DNA of 14,431 nt from a virus (taxonomy: Duplodnaviria; Heunggongvirae; Uroviricota; Caudoviricetes), in IMG/VR virus record IMGVR_UViG_2531839529_000011. One strand, given 5' to 3'. This document shows, piece by piece, positions 5,421 to 12,967 of this stretch. The translations under genes were made by a program, and so were the position numbers. The stretch's first letter is position 1; each line of letters opens with the position of its first letter. Under the pieces are notes generated by a model. That model made no database searches and had not been told where the DNA came from. It saw only the letters and a list, made by a program, of their open reading frames with translations.

Positions 5421-8027
5421 ATGCTGCGTATTGATGTACCTGAAAACGGCAGGCACGGCCCCTGCCCGAAATGTGGGGGCAAGGATCGTTTTCGCCTTGA
5501 TGACCTTGACGGGCGCGGGACGTGGATCTGCAGCCAGTGTGGCAATGGTGACGGTCTGGATCTGGTTAAGCTCGTAACCGGTTACAGCGTCAGAAAGGCT
5601 GCGCAGGAGGTGGCGCAGGTGCTTAATGTGCCGGATGTGCAGGAACTGCCTGTTAAGCCTGCCAGACAAAAAGCCCCTAAACGCGACATGGGTCTTACCG
5701 TGGCGGCGCTGATGAAAGAGAGCCACACGGGAGAAAGCGCCTATCTGACAGGAAAAGGGTTCGCCGGATACCCGGCCTCTCTGACCGGAAGCGTGCAGCA
5801 TATCAGCGGTAAGGATTTTCCTGCCGGTTCCCTGCTGTTACCACTCACGACCAACACCGGAGCCGTGACCGGTGCACAGCTTATCGCCCCGACGGGTGAA
5901 AAAAGCATACTGCCCGGCAGCACGATGAAAGGCGCGTTTGTGTCGCTCAGCCCGTTACCGTCTGAACCACCGGTACAGGTGGTGATTACCGAAGGTTACG
6001 CTACGGCGCTGACGGTAAGCCAGCTCACTGCCGGATGCGTAGTGGCTGCCATATCTGCGGGCAACCTGCCCAATGTGGCGCAGTCGCTGCGGGCACGCTG
6101 GCCTGAGGTAAAAATTATCATCGCCGGTGATAACGATTTTCAGGACGGGGGGGAGAATCCCGGCAGAGCCTTTGCTGAACGGGCGGCAAAAGCTGTTGGC
6201 GGCTGGATGACGCTGCCACCAGGAGAGATTAAGGCTGACTGGAATGACTTTCATCGGGAGCACGGTATTACCCGTGCCCGTGAAGCCTTTCGCAACGGTC
6301 TGGTACTGTGCGGGGAAGGCCGCACGCAACTGCCGCACGGGTTCCGTCTTACCCAGGAATATCTCTGGTATGAAAAGCAGGTACAGCGCAACGGTGAGAC
6401 GGAGATCCAGAACGTCAAAATATGCAGCCCGCTGCGCGTGACGGCAATCACCTGCGATGCCGATGGCGGTAACTTCGGACGACTGCTGGAATGGGAAGAT
6501 ACGTGGGGTGAGTGTCGCCGCTGGGCGATGCCGATGGAAATGCTGAGCGGCAGTGGTGAGGAACTGCGCCGGGTACTGCTGGTTAACGGGCTGTCTTATA
6601 TCAGCACCACCGGTGAGGCACGCGCACGCCTGATGGAATATATCTCACTGTGTAAACCGGAACGCCGCGTGACCTGCGTCAGTCGTACTGGCTGGCATGG
6701 TCAGGTTTACGTCCTGCAGGATGAGGTCAGCGGTGAAGGTGCAGAGGGTGTCATTCTCCAGACCACTTCCGTGCAGGGGCGTGATTTCCGCGTGTCGGGC
6801 ACAACAGAGGAATGGCGGGAGCATGTATCCCGCTACTGTACCGGCAACTCCCGCGTGGCATTTGCTGTCAGCCTGGCCTTTGCTGCACCACTGTTACGGC
6901 TGGTTGGTATGGACGGCGGCGGCTACCACCTAAAAGGGGAATCGACAGACGGTAAGACCACCACCATGAAAGCGGCAACCTCCGTCTGCGGCGGGCCTGA
7001 CTACTGGCAGACATGGCGGGCCACCGGCAACGCGCTGGAGGGATGCGCCAGCCGCCGCAACGATGCCGCCATGATGCTTGATGAGATCCGGGAAGTTGAC
7101 GGACGCGAGGCAGGCAATATCGCCTACATGCTGGCAAACGGTCAGGGCAAGGGCCGTGCCGGTACGGACGGTGAGCTGCGTACCCGTAAGCAGTGGCGCC
7201 TGTTGTTCTTTTCAACTGGCGAGTTGTCTCTGACCGAACATGCGGCAAAGGCCGGTGAGCGTACTTTTGCCGGGATGGAAGTCAGGATGATCCAGATCCC
7301 AAGCGATTCCGGGAAGTTTGGCGTTTTTGAGGAGCTGCACGGCTTCGACAGCGGCAAGGCTCTGGCAGAGCATCTTGAATGGGCCACGTCCTGCTACTAC
7401 GGTTCGCCGTTCCGGGAGTGGCTGAAAGCACTGACCGCTGATCTTAACGGACTAACGGCACAGGCAAAATCGCTGATGAAGGAATATGCTGCCGCCCTGA
7501 CTCCTAAAGATGCAGGCAATCAGGTGGGCCGGGCTGTGAACCGCTTTGCACTGGTGGCGATGGCAGGTGAACTGGCAACCCGTCTGGGTATCACCGGCTG
7601 GCCTGAGGGTGAAGCACTGCGGGCAACCCGCGTCTGCCTGAACGCATGGCTGAAAGATCGCGGGCACACCGCCAATCAGGAAGATATCGCCGCACTGGAG
7701 CAGGTTCGCAGTTTCTTTACCGCGAATCAGTACAGCCGCTTTGCAGACTGGTATGACGAGCGCAACCGCCCCGGCAATATGGTGGGCTGGCGCAGGGTGG
7801 AGAAAGGCAGTACCGCGCAGGGCACGGAAGCTGTCACTACGTTCTATGTCATGCCGTCCGGCTGGAAAGAAATCTGCAGGGGATTTGACCCGCGTAAGGT
7901 GGCGCGTCTGTGCGCAGATCGTGGATACCTGCTGCCCTCCACTGATGGCAAACTCCAGACAACCATTCGCCCGCCAGAGATGAATCCCCGCAGGCTCTAT
8001 GTCTTCAACAGCGAGGTGCCGGGTTAA
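5421..8027 (+). CDS. P4 alpha-type primase-helicase (zinc-binding primase N-terminus, TOPRIM, D5-like helicase with Walker A, C-terminal iteron-binding region); original N-terminus interrupted by in-frame TAG
   Basis: 868-aa ORF. CPKCGGKDRF...WICSQCGNGDG zinc ribbon; TOPRIM residues VITEGYATAL and IIAGDNDFQDGG; Walker A GESTDGKTT. An ATG at 5355 with strong SD GAGGGGG, coupled to the upstream stop, opens the same frame (MTIQTVTQISAAARGK) but hits TAG at 5403-5405; translation presumably restarts at ATG 5421. Confidence 0.9.
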   Translation: MLRIDVPENGRHGPCPKCGGKDRFRLDDLDGRGTWICSQCGNGDGLDLVKLVTGYSVRKAAQEVAQVLNVPDVQELPVKPARQKAPKRDMGLTVAALMKESHTGESAYLTGKGFAGYPASLTGSVQHISGKDFPAGSLLLPLTTNTGAVTGAQLIAPTGEKSILPGSTMKGAFVSLSPLPSEPPVQVVITEGYATALTVSQLTAGCVVAAISAGNLPNVAQSLRARWPEVKIIIAGDNDFQDGGENPGRAFAERAAKAVGGWMTLPPGEIKADWNDFHREHGITRAREAFRNGLVLCGEGRTQLPHGFRLTQEYLWYEKQVQRNGETEIQNVKICSPLRVTAITCDADGGNFGRLLEWEDTWGECRRWAMPMEMLSGSGEELRRVLLVNGLSYISTTGEARARLMEYISLCKPERRVTCVSRTGWHGQVYVLQDEVSGEGAEGVILQTTSVQGRDFRVSGTTEEWREHVSRYCTGNSRVAFAVSLAFAAPLLRLVGMDGGGYHLKGESTDGKTTTMKAATSVCGGPDYWQTWRATGNALEGCASRRNDAAMMLDEIREVDGREAGNIAYMLANGQGKGRAGTDGELRTRKQWRLLFFSTGELSLTEHAAKAGERTFAGMEVRMIQIPSDSGKFGVFEELHGFDSGKALAEHLEWATSCYYGSPFREWLKALTADLNGLTAQAKSLMKEYAAALTPKDAGNQVGRAVNRFALVAMAGELATRLGITGWPEGEALRATRVCLNAWLKDRGHTANQEDIAALEQVRSFFTANQYSRFADWYDERNRPGNMVGWRRVEKGSTAQGTEAVTTFYVMPSGWKEICRGFDPRKVARLCADRGYLLPSTDGKLQTTIRPPEMNPRRLYVFNSEVPG

Positions 8028-8061
8028 GGCTTTGCGTGAGTCTTATTTATTAAGGGTAACA

Positions 8062-8249
8062 GGTGAAACAGGTGGAACAACCGTATTTTACAGGGCTGAA
8101 CCTGTTCCACCTTCTGAAATAGTGAGGTGGAACAGATGTAACGCCAGCCAATCCGCTGTTCCACCTTGTTACCCGCGATGTTCCACCGGTGCAGTGTATA
8201 TAAATGCTTTATAAAACAAAGCAGTAACACATGTTTCACCTGTTCCACC
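8062..8249. repeat. Iteron array (putative ori/crr-like replication origin): 8 copies of TGTT(C/T)CACC / GGTG(G/A)AACA
   Basis: Copies at 8062-8070, 8071-8079, 8103-8111, 8126-8134, 8157-8165, 8179-8187, 8232-8240 and 8241-8249, in mixed orientation, flanking an AT-rich tract (tgtatataaatgctttataaaacaaa, 8205-8220). Resembles the P4 type I iteron TGTTCACC bound by alpha. Confidence 0.6.
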
Positions 8250-8337
8250 GCATCAGGGACATAAAGCAGACTGAAACAGAGGGTATTTTTATCTGGCTGG
8301 CTTTCATAGCCACGTCTGAATAACCGCAAGCGTCCGT

Positions 8338-8393
8338 TGTGCCAGCCACCACACACTGAGCACCGATAGTGTGCTTGTGTCAGCCACGACACA
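8338..8393 (+). promoter_or_regulatory. Ogr/Delta-dependent late promoter (Psid-like) with two TGT-N12-ACA dyads
   Basis: TGT-N12-ACA at 8338-8355 and 8376-8393, centres 38 bp apart. If the start site is near 8401, they sit at about -55 and -17, as recalled for P4 late promoters. Directly upstream of the sid-like gene (ATG 8428, SD aggag). Confidence 0.5.
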
Positions 8394-8427
8394 ATTGACG
8401 TAACGAACCAACCCGACAGGAGAAGTC

Positions 8428-9171
8428 ATGAACAACACCGCAGTGAATAACAACCTTTCCACTTTTCCGGCTGTAACGCAGCGGGCACTGGAAACCATGA
8501 ACACAGCCAGAAACGCATGGCTTGAAGCACGTCGTCAGCAGAAAGCGGCAGCGGATAATATTGCGACAATCCGCCAGCGTCGCGCTGAAATGGAAGCCAC
8601 GACGAACACACTGAATGAGGAGTGGCGCACGCTGTTTCGTGAAAGTCAGGGCGTGGTCTCAAAGGAAATGAAAAAACTGCGCACGGAAATTGCGCTGGGA
8701 CGAGAAACGCTTGAGGATTTTGATGAGCTGCTGGCGGCTCAGGAAAGCGAAAATGCACTTTTGCCGCAGAAAGCTGCGGAATTAGCCGGAAAGTATATCC
8801 ACGCGCATAACATTCTTGTGGATATTCGCGCAAAACAAATCTGGGAAGATTTTATGCAGTCGCATGGAAAAGCGCTTATTCAGACGCTGAGCCTGCTTAA
8901 ATCCACAATGGGCCGGGAAGCCAGTGCCGTTGTGGGTGTGGTGAATTCAGTTAATGACCCGGACACAGTGCTGAAAGACTTTATTCATAAACATATCACC
9001 AGACCGGCTCTGGCTAACGATGCGATGCCTGAACAGGACCCGGTGTTTAAACTGGCGGGAGTTGCCCCGGATTATGCGGCGCGTCTGGATTTCAGTAATC
9101 AACTCTCTCCGGCAGCTATGCATAAAATAAAGGTTCGTCAGGAACTTGCTGAGAAGGAGAAAGCTGTATGA
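8428..9171 (+). CDS. sid: Sid/Psu-family late protein, most likely external scaffold / capsid-size determination protein Sid
   Basis: 247 aa (P4 Sid is about 244 aa), coiled-coil-rich, first gene behind the Delta-type late promoter. Shares the YI.(A/S)H ... DFMQ.HG.AL motif with Psu-family proteins. Stop overlaps the next start (ATGA 9168-9171). Confidence 0.55.
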   Translation: MNNTAVNNNLSTFPAVTQRALETMNTARNAWLEARRQQKAAADNIATIRQRRAEMEATTNTLNEEWRTLFRESQGVVSKEMKKLRTEIALGRETLEDFDELLAAQESENALLPQKAAELAGKYIHAHNILVDIRAKQIWEDFMQSHGKALIQTLSLLKSTMGREASAVVGVVNSVNDPDTVLKDFIHKHITRPALANDAMPEQDPVFKLAGVAPDYAARLDFSNQLSPAAMHKIKVRQELAEKEKAV

Positions 9172-9293
9172 CGGCCCGAGGCACACCTGACCAGGCACTT
9201 ACCAGTTTTCGGAATGCCCGTATTCTGTGGGCCGGACATAGTGAGACCCGAAAAGCCGTTGAACAACAGATAGCATCTCTCCTCGCTGCGTAA
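9168..9293 (+). pseudogene. psu: psu-like (polarity suppression protein) N-terminal fragment, truncated by the IS66-family insertion
   Basis: ATG 9168 with strong SD aaggag, translationally coupled to sid. Reading frame runs to the IS boundary at 9290 and stops at TAA 9291-9293 inside the IS terminal repeat. Confidence 0.55.
9282..9289. repeat. Left copy of the 8-bp target-site duplication CTCGCTGC flanking the IS66-family element
   Basis: Identical octamer immediately outside both IS ends. Confidence 0.8.
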
Positions 9294-9342
9294 CCGGCTC
9301 ATTTAAACCGTCTGGTCTGTTTCCTCCGGCTCTACAAAAATA

Positions 9343-10020
9343 ATGTCCATCATTTTTAATGGACACTATCGTATGAAACACCGGACCTGGATCACTGAAG
9401 CTTTACGTCTTCACTTTGAAGAACATTTACCCCGGGTTGTGGCCGGGCGTCGCCTGGGTGTACCAAAATCAACAGTTTGTAGTATGTTCGTGCGCTTTCG
9501 GAGAGCTGGCCTTTCGTGGCCTTTGCCCGCAGGCATGTCGGAGCAGGAACTTGATGCCTGCCTTTACGGACAATTTTCCACGGTACCAGTCGTACGTCCT
9601 GAAAGCACCGTTATATCCGAAGCCCCCGTGGTAAAAAAACGTCCCCGGCGGCCCAACTTCCCTTATGAGTTTAAAATCGCCTTAGTGGAGCAGTCACTGC
9701 AGCCCGGAGCCTGTGTGGCGCAGATCGCCCGGGAAAACGGAATCAACGATAACCTGCTCTTCAACTGGCGCCATCAATACCGGAAAGGTGGCCTGCTGCC
9801 TTCCGGAAAAAATATGCCGGCACTGCTTCCCGTGACGTTAACGCCGGAGCCGGATAATAAAATCCCGGCCCCCGCACAGGAACCAGAGCAGATAAATACA
9901 CCGTCCGACAGTCTGTGTTGTGAGCTGGTTCTGCCGGCCGGAACTCTCAGGCTTAAAGGTAAACTGACGCCGGCGTTATTACAGACACTTATCCGCGAAA
10001 TAAAAGGGAGCAGCCACTGA
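9343..10020 (+). CDS. tnpA: IS66-family accessory protein TnpA (orfA; HTH)
   Basis: 225-aa ORF; RRPNFPYEFKIALVEQSLQPGACVAQIARENGINDNLLFNWRHQYRKG is a transposase-type HTH. Start uncertain (ATG 9343 or 9373; neither has a strong SD). Stop TGA overlaps the tnpB start. Confidence 0.7.
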   Translation: MSIIFNGHYRMKHRTWITEALRLHFEEHLPRVVAGRRLGVPKSTVCSMFVRFRRAGLSWPLPAGMSEQELDACLYGQFSTVPVVRPESTVISEAPVVKKRPRRPNFPYEFKIALVEQSLQPGACVAQIARENGINDNLLFNWRHQYRKGGLLPSGKNMPALLPVTLTPEPDNKIPAPAQEPEQINTPSDSLCCELVLPAGTLRLKGKLTPALLQTLIREIKGSSH

Positions 10021-10367
10021 TGATATCTCTCCCTGCAGGTTCGCGTATCTGGCTGGTTGCAGGTATCACCGATATGCGAAATGGCTTTAACGGCCTGGCA
10101 TCAAAAGTTCAGAACGTCCTGAAGGATGACCCGTTCTCCGGACACCTGTTCATCTTCCGCGGACGCCGGGGTGACCAGATAAAAGTGTTGTGGGCTGACA
10201 GTGACGGACTGTGCCTCTTCACCAAACGCCTGGAGCGGGGCCGCTTCGTCTGGCCAGTCACCCGTGACGGCAAGGTGCACCTTACTCCGGCTCAGTTATC
10301 CATGCTTCTTGAAGGTATCAACTGGAAGCACCCGAAACGAACGGAACGCGCTGGAATCCGCATATAA
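10020..10367 (+). CDS. tnpB: IS66-family TnpB (orfB)
   Basis: 115 aa MISLPAGSRIWLVAGITDMRNGFNGLA... recognised as the conserved IS66 orfB product; start overlaps the orfA stop (TGATG). Confidence 0.85.
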   Translation: MISLPAGSRIWLVAGITDMRNGFNGLASKVQNVLKDDPFSGHLFIFRGRRGDQIKVLWADSDGLCLFTKRLERGRFVWPVTRDGKVHLTPAQLSMLLEGINWKHPKRTERAGIRI

Positions 10368-10386
10368 CCCGTTGTAAAGTGAGGAT

Positions 10387-11958
10387 ATGGACACCTCACT
10401 TGCTCATGAGAACGCCCGCCTGCGGGCACTGTTGCAGACGCAACAGGACACCATCCGCCAGATGGCTGAATACAACCGCCTGCTCTCACAGCGGGTGGCG
10501 GCTTATGCTTCCGAAATCAACCGGCTGAAGGCGCTGGTTGCGAAACTGCAACGTATGCAGTTCGGTAAAAGCTCAGAAAAACTTCGTGCAAAAACCGAAC
10601 GGCAGATACAGGAAGCACAGGAGCGAATCAGCGCACTTCAGGAAGAAATGGCGGAAACGCTGGGTGAGCAATATGACCCGGTACTGCCATCCGCCCTGCG
10701 CCAGTCTTCAGCCCGTAAACCGTTACCGGCCTCACTTCCCCGTGAAACCCGGGTTATCCGGCCGGAAGAGGAATGCTGTCCTGCCTGTGGTGGTGAACTC
10801 AGTTCTCTGGGATGTGATGTGTCAGAGCAACTGGAGCTTATCAGCAGCGCCTTTAAGGTTATCGAAACACAACGTCCGAAACAGGCCTGTTGCCGGTGCG
10901 ACCATATCGTGCAGGCACCAGTACCTTCAAAACCCATTGCACGCAGTTATGCCGGAGCGGGGCTTCTGGCCCATGTTGTCACCGGGAAATATGCAGACCA
11001 TCTGCCGTTATACCGCCAGTCAGAAATATACCGTCGTCAGGGAGTGGAGCTGAGCCGTGCCACACTGGGGCGCTGGACAGGTGCTGTTGCTGAACTGCTG
11101 GAGCCGCTGTATGACGTCCTGCGCCAGTATGTGCTGATGCCCGGTAAAGTCCATGCTGATGATATCCCCGTCCTGGTCCAGGAGCCGGGCAGCGGTAAAA
11201 CCCGGACAGCCCGGCTGTGGGTCTACGTCCGTGATGACCGTAACGCCGGTTCACAGATGCCCCCGGCGGTCTGGTTCGCGTACAGTCCGGACCGGAAAGG
11301 TATCCATCCACAAAATCACCTGGCCGGTTACAGCGGTGTGCTTCAGGCCGATGCTTACGGTGGTTACCGGGCGTTATACGAATCCGGCAGAATAACGGAA
11401 GCCGCGTGTATGGCTCATGCCCGGAGAAAAATCCACGATGTGCATGCAAGAGCGCCCACCTACATCACCACGGAAGCCCTGCAGCGTATCGGTGAACTGT
11501 ATGCCATCGAGGCAGAGGTCCGGGGCTGTTCAGCAGAACAGCGTCTGGCGGCAAGAAAAGCCAGAGCCGCGCCACTGATGCAGTCACTGTATGACTGGAT
11601 ACAGCAACAGATGAAAACACTGTCGCGTCACTCAGATACGGCAAAAGCGTTCGCATACCTGCTGAAACAGTGGGATGCACTGAACGTGTACTGCAGTAAT
11701 GGCTGGGTGGAAATCGACAACAACATCGCAGAGAACGCCTTACGGGGAGTGGCCGTAGGCCGGAAAAACTGGATGTTCGCGGGTTCCGACAGCGGTGGTG
11801 AACATGCGGCGGTGTTGTACTCGCTGATCGGCACATGCCGTCTGAACAATGTGGAGCCAGAAAAGTGGCTGCGTTACGTCATTGAACATATCCAGGATTG
11901 GCCGGCAAACCGGGTACGCGATCTGTTGCCCTGGAAAGTTGATCTGAGCTCTCAGTAA
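10387..11958 (+). CDS. tnpC: IS66-family transposase TnpC (orfC)
   Basis: 523 aa with N-terminal leucine-zipper-like coiled coil, CPACGG...CCRC zinc-finger region and the IS66 DDE core. Recognised IS66 transposase family. Confidence 0.9.
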   Translation: MDTSLAHENARLRALLQTQQDTIRQMAEYNRLLSQRVAAYASEINRLKALVAKLQRMQFGKSSEKLRAKTERQIQEAQERISALQEEMAETLGEQYDPVLPSALRQSSARKPLPASLPRETRVIRPEEECCPACGGELSSLGCDVSEQLELISSAFKVIETQRPKQACCRCDHIVQAPVPSKPIARSYAGAGLLAHVVTGKYADHLPLYRQSEIYRRQGVELSRATLGRWTGAVAELLEPLYDVLRQYVLMPGKVHADDIPVLVQEPGSGKTRTARLWVYVRDDRNAGSQMPPAVWFAYSPDRKGIHPQNHLAGYSGVLQADAYGGYRALYESGRITEAACMAHARRKIHDVHARAPTYITTEALQRIGELYAIEAEVRGCSAEQRLAARKARAAPLMQSLYDWIQQQMKTLSRHSDTAKAFAYLLKQWDALNVYCSNGWVEIDNNIAENALRGVAVGRKNWMFAGSDSGGEHAAVLYSLIGTCRLNNVEPEKWLRYVIEHIQDWPANRVRDLLPWKVDLSSQ

Positions 11959-11988
11959 ATATCAATACGGTTCTGACGAGTCGCTTAC

Positions 11989-11996
11989 CTCGCTGC
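11989..11996. repeat. Right copy of the 8-bp target-site duplication CTCGCTGC
   Basis: Identical to 9282-9289, immediately after the right IS end (...CGCTTAC at 11988). Confidence 0.8.
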
Positions 11997-12426
11997 CACA
12001 GAAAAACCAACAGATTATGCCCGACAGCTCGAATTACTGCGGGAACGTCTGGATGTGCTGAAATGGCAAATTAACTGTGCTGCTCGCGAATGCATTTACT
12101 CGCAGCATTTATTGATGGAGGCCTGCACTGAAGCTGCTCTCAGCAATTTTATGCAGGCGAATGGGGCAGCCCTGACATCTGCACTGGCTCCGTTCCTGAA
12201 GGGGCGCGGAGGGGTTGACGTTGCGTCCCGTATATTACGCAGTGCTCTGGTTCGCCAGCTGGCAATAACACCGCCTGAAATTGCCGGGGATTATCGTGAG
12301 ATCCTGGATGAATCCGGTTTGATGCCAGACCCCGGGATGATTCGTGATTGCCAGGGCTCTTACACCCCGGCACAACATCTGCGTTTTCAGCAACGCCTGA
12401 ATGACATTAACGATATACAGGAGTGA
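11997..12426 (+). pseudogene. psu: psu-like C-terminal fragment (in frame with 9168-9289 once the IS and one TSD copy are removed)
   Basis: Frame is open from 11998 to TGA 12424-12426; the ORF track finds it from GTG 12055. The joined product is about 183 aa (P4 Psu is about 190 aa) and carries VLKWQINCAAR...FMQANGAALTSALAPFL, matching the Psu signature as I recall it. Confidence 0.55.
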
Positions 12427-12431
12427 TATTA

Positions 12432-12704
12432 ATGGCACTTAAATGTCCGGAATGCGGTACAGTTGCACACGCCAGAACAGCAGCCTATGAAGCTCCGTCA
12501 GTTAAACGCTCGTGGTATCAGTGCCAGAATCTGGAATGTTCCTGCACATTTACGGCACTGGAGAGTGTGGATAAGATAATCATGAAACCCCGGCGCAATG
12601 AACAGGAACCAGACAAATCACAACCCCCGGTAAAACAACAGCAAACGCTCAATCGCTATGGCTCCGCGTCAAAACTGTCAAGCCGTCAGCAGATTCCTGT
12701 CTGA
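12432..12704 (+). CDS. Ogr/Delta-family zinc-finger late transcription activator
   Basis: MALKCPECGTVAHARTAAYEAPSVKRSWYQCQNLECSCTFTALESV has the Ogr/Delta C-x2-C...C-x4-C signature. ATG 12432 with SD caggag; the ORF track extends to a GTG at 12423. Confidence 0.8.
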   Translation: MALKCPECGTVAHARTAAYEAPSVKRSWYQCQNLECSCTFTALESVDKIIMKPRRNEQEPDKSQPPVKQQQTLNRYGSASKLSSRQQIPV

Positions 12705-12724
12705 TTAGAAAAAAATGCCCACGT

Positions 12725-12750
12725 AATCCCGGTCAAGTACCGGGATTTTT
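12725..12750 (+). terminator. Rho-independent terminator of the late operon
   Basis: Perfect 9-bp stem AATCCCGGT / ACCGGGATT with 5-nt loop, followed by TTTTT, 20 bp after the delta stop. Confidence 0.6.
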
Positions 12751-12967
12751 AACACCTTTTCCCTGGCTGGCCTGAGAGCGCATGAGTGCATGTCTATGGC
12801 GCATGAAAACGCATGAGCCTTATGCACCATTTTTGACGAGAAAGCCCTTGTGTGGTGGCTTCTGAGACGATTTATGAGGTGCATGAAAACCAGTCTGTTA
12901 AGCGAAGCGGGCAGGCGTGCGGGGCTGCCCGCGCAGAAGGAGAAAGTGGTGTATTCAAAGTATTTTT

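Larger units (their letters stand above)
9290..11988 (+). mobile_element. IS66-family insertion sequence (2699 bp; tnpA-tnpB-tnpC), apparently intact
   Basis: Three-ORF IS66 organisation. Imperfect terminal inverted repeats starting GTAA: left GTAACCGGCTCATTTAAACCGT..., right (rc) GTAAGCGACTCGTCAGAACCGT.... Flanked by a perfect 8-bp direct repeat CTCGCTGC, as expected for IS66-family transposition. Confidence 0.85.

Noticed and set aside
5159-7667. Numerous minus-strand and out-of-frame ORFs of 60-140 aa inside the primase-helicase gene (for example 5159-5545, 5382-5801, 5955-6338, 6868-7248, 7142-7387, 7452-7667).
   Set aside because: They lie entirely within a strongly supported 868-aa gene in a high-GC region, where stop-free antisense frames arise by chance. 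Their products are low-complexity and Arg/Pro/Ser-rich, and none has a start context.
8062-8249. Possibility that the short repeat cluster is a CRISPR array.
   Set aside because: Units are only 9 bp, irregularly spaced, in both orientations, with no unique spacers of regular length; the pattern fits replication iterons.
10538-11849. ORFs in other frames or on the minus strand inside the IS66 transposase gene (10538-11053, 10638-10937, 10979-11449, 11465-11836 and others).
   Set aside because: Nested within the well-supported tnpC ORF; GC-rich frame artefacts.
12149-12438. Minus-strand ORFs 12149-12373 and 12235-12438 antisense to the psu C-terminal fragment and the delta start.
   Set aside because: Antisense to a frame that joins exactly with the upstream psu fragment, and no start context.
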